Positions 17,136 to 26,056 of a DNA stretch of 35,045 nucleotides are shown here, piece after piece. The notes below the pieces were generated by a model, which worked only from the letters and a program-made list of their open reading frames with translations, did not search any database and was not told the origin of the DNA. Within the stretch, counting starts at the first letter, position 1. Each line of letters begins with the position of its first letter. The stretch spans positions 7,476 through 42,520 of the forward strand of contig JAWLEP010000026.1 of the NCBI GenBank assembly GCA_041686025.1. The letters run 5' to 3'. Source of the DNA: Candidatus Fermentibacteraceae bacterium. GTDB lineage: Bacteria > Fermentibacterota > Fermentibacteria > Fermentibacterales > JCC-6. Both the position numbers and the translations under genes were made by a program.

Positions 17136-19873
17136 CCTCCGGGCAGGAAGTCCAGGGACAGCGCCCACCTGAAGTCCAGCCGGCCGCCCCCCTCGGGAGG
17201 GTCGGAAAGCCATATCGGGAAGTAGGCGGTGACCAGGGGCAGCCCCAGCTCTATGCCCGCGGCCAGGCGGGTCCCGCTGGCCGTCAGCTCCGAGGCCCGG
17301 TCCCCCAGCACCGCCGCGGAGGCGTACGCCCGGGGGGAGACCAGGCCCAGCAGCCGGCAGGGGGGAAGGGCCAGCGACTGCCTGGCGGAGAGGGCCCACC
17401 TGCCGCGCTCGGAGCTCTTGCCGTAGCCGGCCAGTCCGCAGACTCCCCGCCGGAAGAGGTGGGAGTTGGAGGATAGACCTCCCGCCAGGGCCGGAAGCAC
17501 GTGGGGGGGCGGGTCGCCCCACGCCCGGCAGACTCCCAGGGCGGTCCGGGTCGTCATCCTCCGCCAGACCCTGGTCTGCAGGCTTCCCCGCAGCTCCAGC
17601 CTGCCGTAGGCCCCGTGGTTCCAGCCCGGCGACATCAGCAGCGACCCGCCGGCGAAGCCCTCCAGTCGGTAGGACTCCCAGTCCAGGCCCGCCGACAGCT
17701 CCCCCTCCAGGGCCTGGCCCGCCTCGACCCTGTCCGCATCGTAGAGGGAGGTGTCGGAGACGCCGGAGATGCCGGCGGTGAGGTCCAGCCCCAGGGAGGG
17801 GTCCGCCGGGGTCCGGCCCCGGAGGTCCAGCGACAGCCCCGACCGCAGCGACTCCAGGCCGTACCTGCTGGCCAGGCTGGTGGTCCAGGCCAGCCTGCTG
17901 CGGGGGCCTGTGGCCACCCGGGCCCGCAGCGCGCCCCCGAAGGAGACGCACCCCTCCGCCTCCAGCGGCGCGGTGGCGTACCCCCCGAAGGTCCAGGGGC
18001 CGCCGGCCTCCAGCGGCTGCGAGTAGGACAGCAGGGCCAGGCCCAGGCCGCCCCCCACGCAGGAGGGGGTGTATATGGGCAGCACCCAGCTGCGGTAGCG
18101 GGAAGGCTCGGGAATGGGCAGCAGCAGGGGGCGGATGGTGCCCGTCGCCGGCAGGGAGTTGTTCCACGGCCGGGCGTCGGGGAGGCGGGTGAAGGGGTCC
18201 ACCTCGGCCCGGTCCCACCGGCCGGGCAGGACCACCGTGGTGTCCGCCGTCCACAGCCGGAGGGTGTCCAGCAGGCTGTCCGCCCCCGACTGCAGCAGGA
18301 GCTCGGCGGCCAGGGGATGGGGCACGCTGCCGGCCAGCCTTACGGCGGTGGAGTCCCCCGCGCGGCGGAGGTCCTCCACCGAGAGGTCCATGGTCCCCGT
18401 GCCCCGCAGCCAGTAGTCGAACTCCTCCCGCCAGCTGCGGCCGGTGGTCTCCTCCAGCACCTCCCGGAAGTCCCCGGTGCGGGGGTGGCGGAACCGGAAG
18501 CGGCGGAAGTACTCGCGCATGGCGCGGTCGAAGTCCGCCGAGCCCGCGGACAGCTGGACCATCCGCAGGAAGAGGGCGGGCTTGGAGTAGTAGGTGCCGG
18601 CGGTGGGGTGGCTGCCGTCGGCGGCGTCGGTGGCCGGGCTGAGCACCGGCGCCGTCTCCCGGCCCGCCTGCCGGGCGTAACCCATGGAGTGCAGGGCGTG
18701 GTCGCTGGCGCAGGCCAGCCAGCGGGGGGTGGTGGTGAGGTTGCAGCGCCTTCCGTACCTGCGCTCCATGTAGCGCAGCTCGCTGAAGGTGTTCACCCCC
18801 TCGTCCAGCCAGGCCTCAGCCACCTCGTCGTTGGCCAGCACCCCGTAGAACCACTGGTGGCCGATCTCGTGGGAGACCACCACCTCCAGCAGCCGCAGCA
18901 GGGGCAGGTCCAGGTCCCCTATCACCACCAGGGTGGGGTACTCCATGCCCCCCATGCCGCCGGGGCTGTCGTCCACCACGGTGAGGTTGCCGTAGGGATA
19001 GGGGCCGTACCACTGGCCGTAGTAGAGCAGGGTGGAGTCCGCCACCTCCTCCACCCCCTCCCAGTAGCCCTCGTCGTCGCTGGTGCGGAGGACGCGCACC
19101 TGCACCCGGCCTCCCCCCAGGGAGTCGGGGTAGCGGAACGTGTGGCGGGACTCCGTGAAGTCCGGGTCGGCGACCCAGGCGAAGTCGTGCACCGGCTCGG
19201 CCACCCAGACCTCCGTCCGCCGGGTGGAGTCGGCGCTGAGGCCGGCCTCCGCAAGCCGGCCCGTGGCGGCCACCACGAACTCCGCCGGCACGTCCAGCTC
19301 GGCCCGACAGGAGCCGAAGTCGCTGTAGAACTCCCCCTCCAGACGGTAGCGCGACCGCTGCCAGCCCCGGTGGTCCAGGGCGCACATCTTGGGGTACCAC
19401 TGGGTCAGCGTGTAGTGGCGGCCGCTGCGGCCCATGCGGCTCCAGAAGCGGGGCACCTTCACCGTGAACCCGGTGCTGAGGGAGATCCTCTCCCCCGGCT
19501 GCAGCGGCTCTTCCAGGGGCAGGTATGCCAGCGTCCCGTCCACCCCGGCCACCGCCGGCCCTCCCTCCAGCATGGTGTCGTGCAGCTCTATCCATCCCCG
19601 GTCGTCGGGGGAAGATGCGCTGAACCCGAAGCTCCCCCTGGCCTCCAGGTCCCGGGCGAAGGCGGAGGTCCGGCCGCGGTAGGCGTTGGGATAGAGGTGC
19701 AGCCAGAGGGTGTCCACGGCGTGGGGCGAGCCGTTGGTGAACTCTATCTCCACGCTGCCTGCCACCGTGGAGGACTCCGGATGGAGGGAGGCCCGCAGCA
19801 GGTAGTCGGCCCTGCTCTCGGCCCGGGCGGGCCCGGGCAGCACGGCCAGTACAGCCAGCAGAAGAGCCGTCAA
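17132..19873 (-). CDS. M1-family zinc aminopeptidase with signal peptide and probable C-terminal beta-barrel
   Basis: GGMEYP, HEIGHQWF, WLDEG, YSKP; start placed at TTG 19873 (TTGA overlap with upstream stop) giving signal peptide MTALLLAVLAVLPGPARA. Confidence 0.85.
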   Translation of the reverse strand: MTALLLAVLAVLPGPARAESRADYLLRASLHPESSTVAGSVEIEFTNGSPHAVDTLWLHLYPNAYRGRTSAFARDLEARGSFGFSASSPDDRGWIELHDTMLEGGPAVAGVDGTLAYLPLEEPLQPGERISLSTGFTVKVPRFWSRMGRSGRHYTLTQWYPKMCALDHRGWQRSRYRLEGEFYSDFGSCRAELDVPAEFVVAATGRLAEAGLSADSTRRTEVWVAEPVHDFAWVADPDFTESRHTFRYPDSLGGGRVQVRVLRTSDDEGYWEGVEEVADSTLLYYGQWYGPYPYGNLTVVDDSPGGMGGMEYPTLVVIGDLDLPLLRLLEVVVSHEIGHQWFYGVLANDEVAEAWLDEGVNTFSELRYMERRYGRRCNLTTTPRWLACASDHALHSMGYARQAGRETAPVLSPATDAADGSHPTAGTYYSKPALFLRMVQLSAGSADFDRAMREYFRRFRFRHPRTGDFREVLEETTGRSWREEFDYWLRGTGTMDLSVEDLRRAGDSTAVRLAGSVPHPLAAELLLQSGADSLLDTLRLWTADTTVVLPGRWDRAEVDPFTRLPDARPWNNSLPATGTIRPLLLPIPEPSRYRSWVLPIYTPSCVGGGLGLALLSYSQPLEAGGPWTFGGYATAPLEAEGCVSFGGALRARVATGPRSRLAWTTSLASRYGLESLRSGLSLDLRGRTPADPSLGLDLTAGISGVSDTSLYDADRVEAGQALEGELSAGLDWESYRLEGFAGGSLLMSPGWNHGAYGRLELRGSLQTRVWRRMTTRTALGVCRAWGDPPPHVLPALAGGLSSNSHLFRRGVCGLAGYGKSSERGRWALSARQSLALPPCRLLGLVSPRAYASAAVLGDRASELTASGTRLAAGIELGLPLVTAYFPIWLSDPPEGGGRLDFRWALSLDFLPGG

Positions 19874-20448
19874 GGTCCGGAAGCGCCTTTCTGTGTGAGC
19901 CTGCGCAGCCCTCCGGCCACCTCCGCCGCCCGTCCGGGATGGTCGGGGTGGGCCGTCCTTATCCACAGGTAGCGGATGTAGCGGGGCTGCAGCCTGCCCA
20001 TGGCCTCCACCAGCATCCGGCAGAACTCCCCCACCGGGAGCTTGCCGTGGCGGGCCCCCAGGACGGGGACCGACACCGCCTCCAGCTCCCTGATCTCCGC
20101 CTCCTCCAGGCTGGCCCCCAGGGCGGATGCGATCCACTCCCGCCTCCAGGTGGGGTCTGCGGACAGGTCGTGCACCACGGCCAGTATGGACAGCGGGCTG
20201 CCCCCTCGGACCACCACGGAGCCCGGGTCCCGGGGCCGGAAGCCCTCCAGCTCGGAGAGAGCGTCCTCCAGGGAGGCCCCGCCGTCTCCGTAGTCGGCCG
20301 GGGCGGGGGAGCTGAGGACCAGGCAGGTGTCCTCCTCCTCCACGGCCGCGGCCACCGGAAAGGGCGGGAGGCCCTCCGGAGCCACGGAAACGTGCACCGA
20401 GCCCATCACCAGCCGCAGCTCCCCGGACCGCCGGCTTCCCGCAGTCAA
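19870..20448 (-). CDS. Hypothetical protein, possible degenerate macro domain
   Basis: Fills the gap between two genes with TTGA overlaps at both ends (alternative ATG start 20406); PGSVVV, ILAVVH, ALGASLEEAEIRELEAVSVPVLGARHG resembles the macro C-terminal SIAxPxxGxG element. Confidence 0.55.
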   Translation of the reverse strand: MTAGSRRSGELRLVMGSVHVSVAPEGLPPFPVAAAVEEEDTCLVLSSPAPADYGDGGASLEDALSELEGFRPRDPGSVVVRGGSPLSILAVVHDLSADPTWRREWIASALGASLEEAEIRELEAVSVPVLGARHGKLPVGEFCRMLVEAMGRLQPRYIRYLWIRTAHPDHPGRAAEVAGGLRRLTQKGASGP

Positions 20449-23400
20449 CGGACCCCCTCGCCCCCCCGGTCGCCCGAGCACCCCGCTTCCAGCCGCCTCT
20501 CCAGCCTGGCCAGCCGCCGGCCGGCCTCCGGGAGCAGGTCGCGGGTCATCCTGTACAGCCGCAGCCTCTGCAGGGTCTCGGTACGGGTCCTTCCGTCGGA
20601 GAGCACCTCCCGCAGCCTCCCCGGGGCCTCCCGCTCCCGGCCCAGGGCGGCCAGGGCCCGGGCCTCCAGGCCCGCCCGCCACAGCCTGCCCCGGGGGTAG
20701 TCGGCCATGTCCATGGCCTCCAGCCTCTCCAGCACCCCCTCGGGTCCGCCGGGCAGCCCGGCCTCGCAGGCCAGCAGCCTGACGTCATGGGCGCAGACCA
20801 TGGAGAAGGTTGCCAGCTCCAGCGGCCGGGACGCCGAGTCCAGGGCCTGCAGTCCGGCTGCCGCAGCCTCGGCGGCCTCCGCCCTCCTGCCCGCCGACAG
20901 GTCGACCCCGGCCCGGCAGTGGCTCAGCACCAGCGGGTCTATCACGCCCCAGCAGGAGGCCCTGTGCAGCATGCCCGTGGCCCCGGGGGCGTCGCCGCAG
21001 GCCTCCAGGAGCAGGGAGTGCACCAGCTGCGCGCAGGCCATGGCCTCCGGGTCGTCGGTCCGGCCGGCCAGCTCCGTCGCCCTCCGCAGCCCCGCCAGCG
21101 CCCTTCGGGGCCGCAGGGCCCTCAGGTGCGCCCGGGCCAGCACCAGCAGCCCCCAGATGCTGCCCCACAGCGATAGCGACTCCTCCGCCGACTCCACCGC
21201 TGCGGACGCGGCCCGCGCCGCCTCCGCCACCCGTCCGGCGTACAGGAAGACCTCGGCCTGGTCGTAGCGCAGCCACCAGGGCGCCAGGCCCTTCGGGGAG
21301 GTTTCCGTGGCCCTTCTCACCGCCCTGCCGGAGTACTCGGCGGCCCCGGCGAAGTCCCGCCTGCTGAGGCGGACCAGCGCCCGCTTGTGCAGCACGGTGA
21401 ACGGCGCCGGCCCCGAGGGCCCCGAGGGCAGGCCCGCCAGCTCCCTCTCCGCATCCTCCGGCCGGCCCAGCCTGGTTAGGACGTCCGCCCGCTCCAGCCG
21501 CACGAAGTCCTCCAGGTCCCCGGCTCCTCCGGTCTCGATGCGGCCCAGCTCCCGCAGGGCCAGGTCGTTCTCGCCCATGATGCGCAGAGTGGAGGCCGCC
21601 CGCAGCAGAGCCCGGGCCCGCAGGCGGTCCATCCCGGCCTTCACCGCAGCCTCCGCCGCCTTCAGGGCGAAGCCCCGGCCCCTCCGGTGCATCCCGGAGT
21701 CGATGCAGGCCTCCGCCGCCTCCAGGGCGGTCTCCGCCGTGCGGACGGGGTCCCGCCGCTGCGGGGGAAGCCCCTCCAGGAGCCTCACGGCGGCTGCCAG
21801 GTGCTCGGCGGCAACGTGCACCAGCCCGCACCGCCGCAGCTCCCCGGCCGCGGCCAGCCGCTCCTCCAGGGCCTCGTCGCGGCTGCCGGCGCTCTCCAGG
21901 TGGACGGCGGCCATGGCCCGGTCTCCCGAGGCCCTGTACATGTCCGCAACGGCGGAGTGGAACGTGGACCGCAGCCCCCCCGAGAGGCGGGAGAGAAGCC
22001 CCTCCCGCAGGTAGGCGGCGGCCAGCTCGAACCGCATGGGGTCGGGGCAGGCCCGGAGCAGGCCCAGCCTCTCGGCGTCGTCGAAGCAGCTGAGCACCTG
22101 GCCCTCCTTCAGGGAGGTCAGGCGGGCAACGGTGTCTACATCGAAGCAGCGGCCCACGGTGGCGGCAAGGGCCAGCAGCCGCAGGTCCTCCCCGGGGAGG
22201 CGGTCCAGCCGGCTGCGGACGAAGGACCTTATGCGGGTGCCGGGCCCGGGCCTTCTCCCGTCGGATGCGGAGAGGCTCCGCTCCTCGTCCAGGCGCAGCA
22301 GACCGGCGTCGTTGAGACCACGCAGGTGCTCGGTGGCCAGCAGCGGGATTCCGCCGGAGACCTCCATCAGCTCCCCGGACAGCTCGTCGGAGACGGATTC
22401 GGCCCCCAGGCGGGCCCTGGCCAGCTCCCGGACCCCCTCTTCGTCCAGGGGGGGCACCTCCATCACCGCGGCCAGGGGATGGTCCGCCAGCTCCGCCGCC
22501 GGGGGAGGCTCGGGGGAGCGGATGTCCTCGGTGCGGACGGCGCACCCTACTGAGAGGTCGGTAGCATTGGCGTGGCTCAGCACGTAGGAGAGCAGGGACA
22601 CGCTGGCGTCGTCCAGCCACTGGGCGCCGTCGGCCACCACCACCGCCGGGGTCCAGGCCCGCAGCACGGCGGAGAGGGCGTCCAGCAGCACGAAGTGCTC
22701 CAGAAGGGGAGGAGCGCCTGCGCGCTCGCTGCGGGGGAAGAGGTCGGGCAGAAGCCCGCTCAGGACGTCCGACATGGCCGGGTCCACCTCCGGAAGCCCG
22801 TAGTCGCGCACGCCCTCGCGGACGGAGGCCAGCACCGCGGCGTAGGGGACCCGGGACAGCTCGGCCGACCCCGCCAGCCTCAGCACCCGTACGTCGTCGG
22901 GCAGCCTTTCCACTGCCGTCTCCAGCAGTGTGGTCTTGCCCGCGCCGGACTCGCCGGTGATGACCACCAGGGCGCACTCCCGGCCCGGGTAGAGGCGGGA
23001 GTGCAGCTCGGCCAGCAGCTCCCGGCGTCCGGTGAAGACTCCGCGGTGCCAGAAGAGGTCGTGGCCCTCGCGCCACCGCAGCATCCTCCCGCCCCCGGAC
23101 TCCTTGGCCGAACGGGCCGCCATGCCGGCCAGGGCCAGGAGGTCGGCCCCCGACTCGGAGTCCCCCGGGAACAGCGACTGGCCGATGCTGGCCCGGATGC
23201 CCCAGTTCTCCGTCAGAAGGCCCTCGGTCTCCCTCAGCAGCCTCCTGCCCGGGCCCACCTCGTTGCCCGGCCGCAGCCCCGGGGACAGCACCACGAACTG
23301 GTCTCCTCCGTAGCGGAAGACCGCGTCCGCCTCCCGCAGGATTCCCGAAAGCAGACGGGCGGTCTCCATCAGGGCCCTGTCACCGCATTCGGCCCCCTTG

Positions 23401-23579
23401 CTGCGGTTCAGCTCCGCCAGCCCGGAGAGCTCCACGAAGAGCAGGCCGAACGGCCCCTCGCCGGCGGTTAGCTCCTGCAGGCGGACGGCCAGCGCCCTGC
23501 GATTGGGCAGGCCGGTGAGGTGGTCGACCAGCTGCTGCTGGTCGCTGCCCCCGGCTGCGGGTCCGGCCCTGTCCGGCAT
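20445..23579 (-). CDS. Degenerate GGDEF domain + STAND-type AAA ATPase + helical/TPR-like repeats
   Basis: DHLTGLPNRR, RYGGDQF; FTGRRELL, Walker A GESGAGKTT, Walker B VVADGAQWLD, SGGIPL; Ala/Arg-rich helical C-terminus; ATG 23579 preceded by GGGAGG (alternative ATG 23600). Confidence 0.85.
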   Translation of the reverse strand: MPDRAGPAAGGSDQQQLVDHLTGLPNRRALAVRLQELTAGEGPFGLLFVELSGLAELNRSKGAECGDRALMETARLLSGILREADAVFRYGGDQFVVLSPGLRPGNEVGPGRRLLRETEGLLTENWGIRASIGQSLFPGDSESGADLLALAGMAARSAKESGGGRMLRWREGHDLFWHRGVFTGRRELLAELHSRLYPGRECALVVITGESGAGKTTLLETAVERLPDDVRVLRLAGSAELSRVPYAAVLASVREGVRDYGLPEVDPAMSDVLSGLLPDLFPRSERAGAPPLLEHFVLLDALSAVLRAWTPAVVVADGAQWLDDASVSLLSYVLSHANATDLSVGCAVRTEDIRSPEPPPAAELADHPLAAVMEVPPLDEEGVRELARARLGAESVSDELSGELMEVSGGIPLLATEHLRGLNDAGLLRLDEERSLSASDGRRPGPGTRIRSFVRSRLDRLPGEDLRLLALAATVGRCFDVDTVARLTSLKEGQVLSCFDDAERLGLLRACPDPMRFELAAAYLREGLLSRLSGGLRSTFHSAVADMYRASGDRAMAAVHLESAGSRDEALEERLAAAGELRRCGLVHVAAEHLAAAVRLLEGLPPQRRDPVRTAETALEAAEACIDSGMHRRGRGFALKAAEAAVKAGMDRLRARALLRAASTLRIMGENDLALRELGRIETGGAGDLEDFVRLERADVLTRLGRPEDAERELAGLPSGPSGPAPFTVLHKRALVRLSRRDFAGAAEYSGRAVRRATETSPKGLAPWWLRYDQAEVFLYAGRVAEAARAASAAVESAEESLSLWGSIWGLLVLARAHLRALRPRRALAGLRRATELAGRTDDPEAMACAQLVHSLLLEACGDAPGATGMLHRASCWGVIDPLVLSHCRAGVDLSAGRRAEAAEAAAAGLQALDSASRPLELATFSMVCAHDVRLLACEAGLPGGPEGVLERLEAMDMADYPRGRLWRAGLEARALAALGREREAPGRLREVLSDGRTRTETLQRLRLYRMTRDLLPEAGRRLARLERRLEAGCSGDRGGEGVR

Positions 23580-23611
23580 GCCAGGCCTCCCTTCCTCCAT
23601 ACTCTAGGCAA

Positions 23612-23649
23612 GGCGGGCGGGCGCGGCTACCCCGCCCGCCCCGTTGACA
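23612..23649 (+). promoter_or_regulatory. Inverted repeat followed by a -35 TTGACA in a divergent intergenic region
   Basis: GGCGGGCGGG (23612-23621) / CCCGCCCGCC (23631-23640); TTGACA at 23644-23649; no good -10 at 17 bp. Confidence 0.35.
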
Positions 23650-23712
23650 GGAATGGCGGGTTGGTTTCTCTTTGGTCTGTCCATCGTAGGCAAAAGCCAG
23701 CCGGAGGCAGAA

Positions 23713-26055
23713 ATGGATACAGCCGTCAACGTGGAGCCGCAGTCGGAGAAGATGCCCAGGTGGAAGGTGATAATCGACCTCCTGGCCGAGACCAACCAGC
23801 TGCTGCTGAAGAGGATAGGTCGGCTTATGATGAACTACCTCTTCCGCCGCAACGTCCCCCAGATGAAGGAGATGATGCAGCAGCTGCTGATCAGGGGCGA
23901 GGAGGACTTCGAGACCGGCGCCGCCTACGGCGAGAACCAGCCCATGGAGCGGATAAACTACGCCGCCCTGGAGCGGTTCATAGACGACGTCTTCCAGGTG
24001 GCCGCCGAGGAGCTTCAGGACGAGGAGATCAACTCCATGCTCTCCATCTGGATCAAGTCGGAGTCCACCAGGTTCCTCTCCGTCACCGCGGAGAAGCGTG
24101 ACGTCCGTCTGGGCGAGCTGGCCGAGAGCCTGCAGCGGTTCGCCATGCTCCCCGAGAGCCAGAAGTCGCTGGGCCACGAGGAGTGCATAGGCATCAAGGT
24201 GGCCCTGATCCGCCGGCTGCTCACCGAGGACCTGCACTACATCAACACGCTGAAGACCCACGTGTCGGTGGATGACTTCGTAAGCGTCCTCCGCCGCACC
24301 ATCGGCCCCGTGTCCGGCAACGGCAAGCTGGGGGGGAAGTCGGCCGGCCTCTTCCGGGCCCGGCAGATACTGGAGTCCCGCCGCCGGGACCACGTGGTTC
24401 TCCGCAACCTGAGAGTCCCGAAGACCTGGTACATAACCTCCGACGCCATCGTCGACTTCGTGCACCACAACGCCCTCGAGGAGCTGCTGTCCATAAAGTA
24501 CTCCGACCCCAGCGAGATCCGCCAGGAGCACATATACCTCAGGCAGATATTCAAGAACTCCCTTCTTCCCACCGAGATAATGGCCGGCCTGAGCATGGCC
24601 CTGGACGACCTGGGCGACGTTCCCCTTGTGGTCCGCTCCTCCAGCCTGCTGGAGGACAGCACCGGCGCCGCTTTCGCCGGCAAGTACCGCAGCCTCTTCG
24701 TGGCCAACCGGGGCAGCAAGGAGGAGCGGCTGGACGCCCTGGCGGACGCGGTCCTGGAGGTCTACGCCAGCGTCTTCGGCCCCGACCCCATAGAGTACCG
24801 CCGCGAGCGCGGCCTGCTGGACTTCAACGAGGAGATGGGGATACTGATACAGGAGGTGGTGGGCCACCGCCTGGGGGACTACTACTTCCCCGCCTTCGCC
24901 GGCGTTGCCTTCAGCCAGAACGATTTCCGCTGGTCTCCCCGAATCCGCCGCGATGACGGCATCATACGCCTGGTCACCGGCCTGGGCACCAGGGCGGTGG
25001 ACAGGGTGGGGGACGATTTCCCGGTGCTGGTGAGCCCGGGCAAGCCCGGCCTGCGGCCCAACGTCACGGTGGACGAGACCATCCGCCACGCGCAGAAGAG
25101 CCTGGATGTGATAAACCTCAAGACCCGCCGCTTCGAGACCGTCTCCTTCCAGGAGCTCTTCGACCGATTCGGAAGCGACTACCCCACCCTCAGCTACATC
25201 ATCTCCCTGGAGAAGGACGGCCGGCTGCAGCCCCCCATGGGCACACTGTTCAACGTGGAGCGGGAGCATCCTGTGGTGACCTTCGAGCGGCTCATCAGCA
25301 ACAGCCCCTTCATACTGCTGATGAAGACGGTCCTGGACACCCTGCAGGAGGAGATCGGCATGCCGGTGGACGTGGAGTTCGCCTACGCCGACGACATACA
25401 GGTCCCCTACCTGCTGCAGTGCCGGCCCCAGAGCCACGGGGTCGAAGGCCTGAGGGTGGAGTTCCCCCGGGAGGTTCCGCAGGAGGACGTGCTCTTCACC
25501 GCAGACCGGTACGTCACCACCGCGGAGACCAGGGGGATAGAGTACCTGGTGTACGTGGACCCCCTGGAGTACGACCTGCTGGACAGCCGCGAGAAGCTGA
25601 TCAACGTAGGCAGGCTGATCGGCCGGATCAACGAGAAGCTCCCCCAGAAGCGCTTCGTGCTCATGGGACCCGGAAGATGGGGCAGCCGCGGCGACATCAA
25701 GATGGGCGTGCAGGTGGGCTACAGCGACATCAACCGCACCGCCATACTGATAGAGATAGCCCGCTCCAAGAAGGGCTACGTCCCAGACCTCTCCTTCGGC
25801 ACCCACTTCTTCCAGGACCTGGTGGAGGCCGGCATCCGCTACCTGCCGCTTTACCCCGACAGCGAGGGGGTGGTGTTCAACGAGGAGTTCTTCGACTCCG
25901 CCCACAACTGCCTGCCCAAGATGGTCCCCGGCAGTCGCGAGCTGGCCCACGTGGTCAAGGTCATCCGGGTGGAGCGGGAGGTCAGCGACGCTACGGTAAC
26001 GGTGCTGATGGACGGCGACACCGAACGGGCCATGGCCTACCTGGACAGGGGCTAG
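23713..26055 (+). CDS. PEP-synthase/PPDK-like ATP-grasp domain protein (paralog 1), N-terminal helical region, no receiver domain
   Basis: LGGKSAGL, VRSSSLLEDSTGAAFAGKY, MGILIQEVVG, GLGTRAV, PVDVEFA, LLQCRP; C-terminal GPGRWGS..SFGTHFFQD; RBS GGAGG 23703-23707. Confidence 0.85.
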   Translation: MDTAVNVEPQSEKMPRWKVIIDLLAETNQLLLKRIGRLMMNYLFRRNVPQMKEMMQQLLIRGEEDFETGAAYGENQPMERINYAALERFIDDVFQVAAEELQDEEINSMLSIWIKSESTRFLSVTAEKRDVRLGELAESLQRFAMLPESQKSLGHEECIGIKVALIRRLLTEDLHYINTLKTHVSVDDFVSVLRRTIGPVSGNGKLGGKSAGLFRARQILESRRRDHVVLRNLRVPKTWYITSDAIVDFVHHNALEELLSIKYSDPSEIRQEHIYLRQIFKNSLLPTEIMAGLSMALDDLGDVPLVVRSSSLLEDSTGAAFAGKYRSLFVANRGSKEERLDALADAVLEVYASVFGPDPIEYRRERGLLDFNEEMGILIQEVVGHRLGDYYFPAFAGVAFSQNDFRWSPRIRRDDGIIRLVTGLGTRAVDRVGDDFPVLVSPGKPGLRPNVTVDETIRHAQKSLDVINLKTRRFETVSFQELFDRFGSDYPTLSYIISLEKDGRLQPPMGTLFNVEREHPVVTFERLISNSPFILLMKTVLDTLQEEIGMPVDVEFAYADDIQVPYLLQCRPQSHGVEGLRVEFPREVPQEDVLFTADRYVTTAETRGIEYLVYVDPLEYDLLDSREKLINVGRLIGRINEKLPQKRFVLMGPGRWGSRGDIKMGVQVGYSDINRTAILIEIARSKKGYVPDLSFGTHFFQDLVEAGIRYLPLYPDSEGVVFNEEFFDSAHNCLPKMVPGSRELAHVVKVIRVEREVSDATVTVLMDGDTERAMAYLDRG

Positions 26056-26056
26056 C

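Noticed and set aside
8155..20137. ORF-track N-terminal extensions (8155, 10278, 13861, 15408, 20137; also 5525, 23644, 30595, 30660)
   Set aside because: Extensions overlap neighbouring genes or promoters; internal starts have RBS, stop/start overlaps or signal peptides
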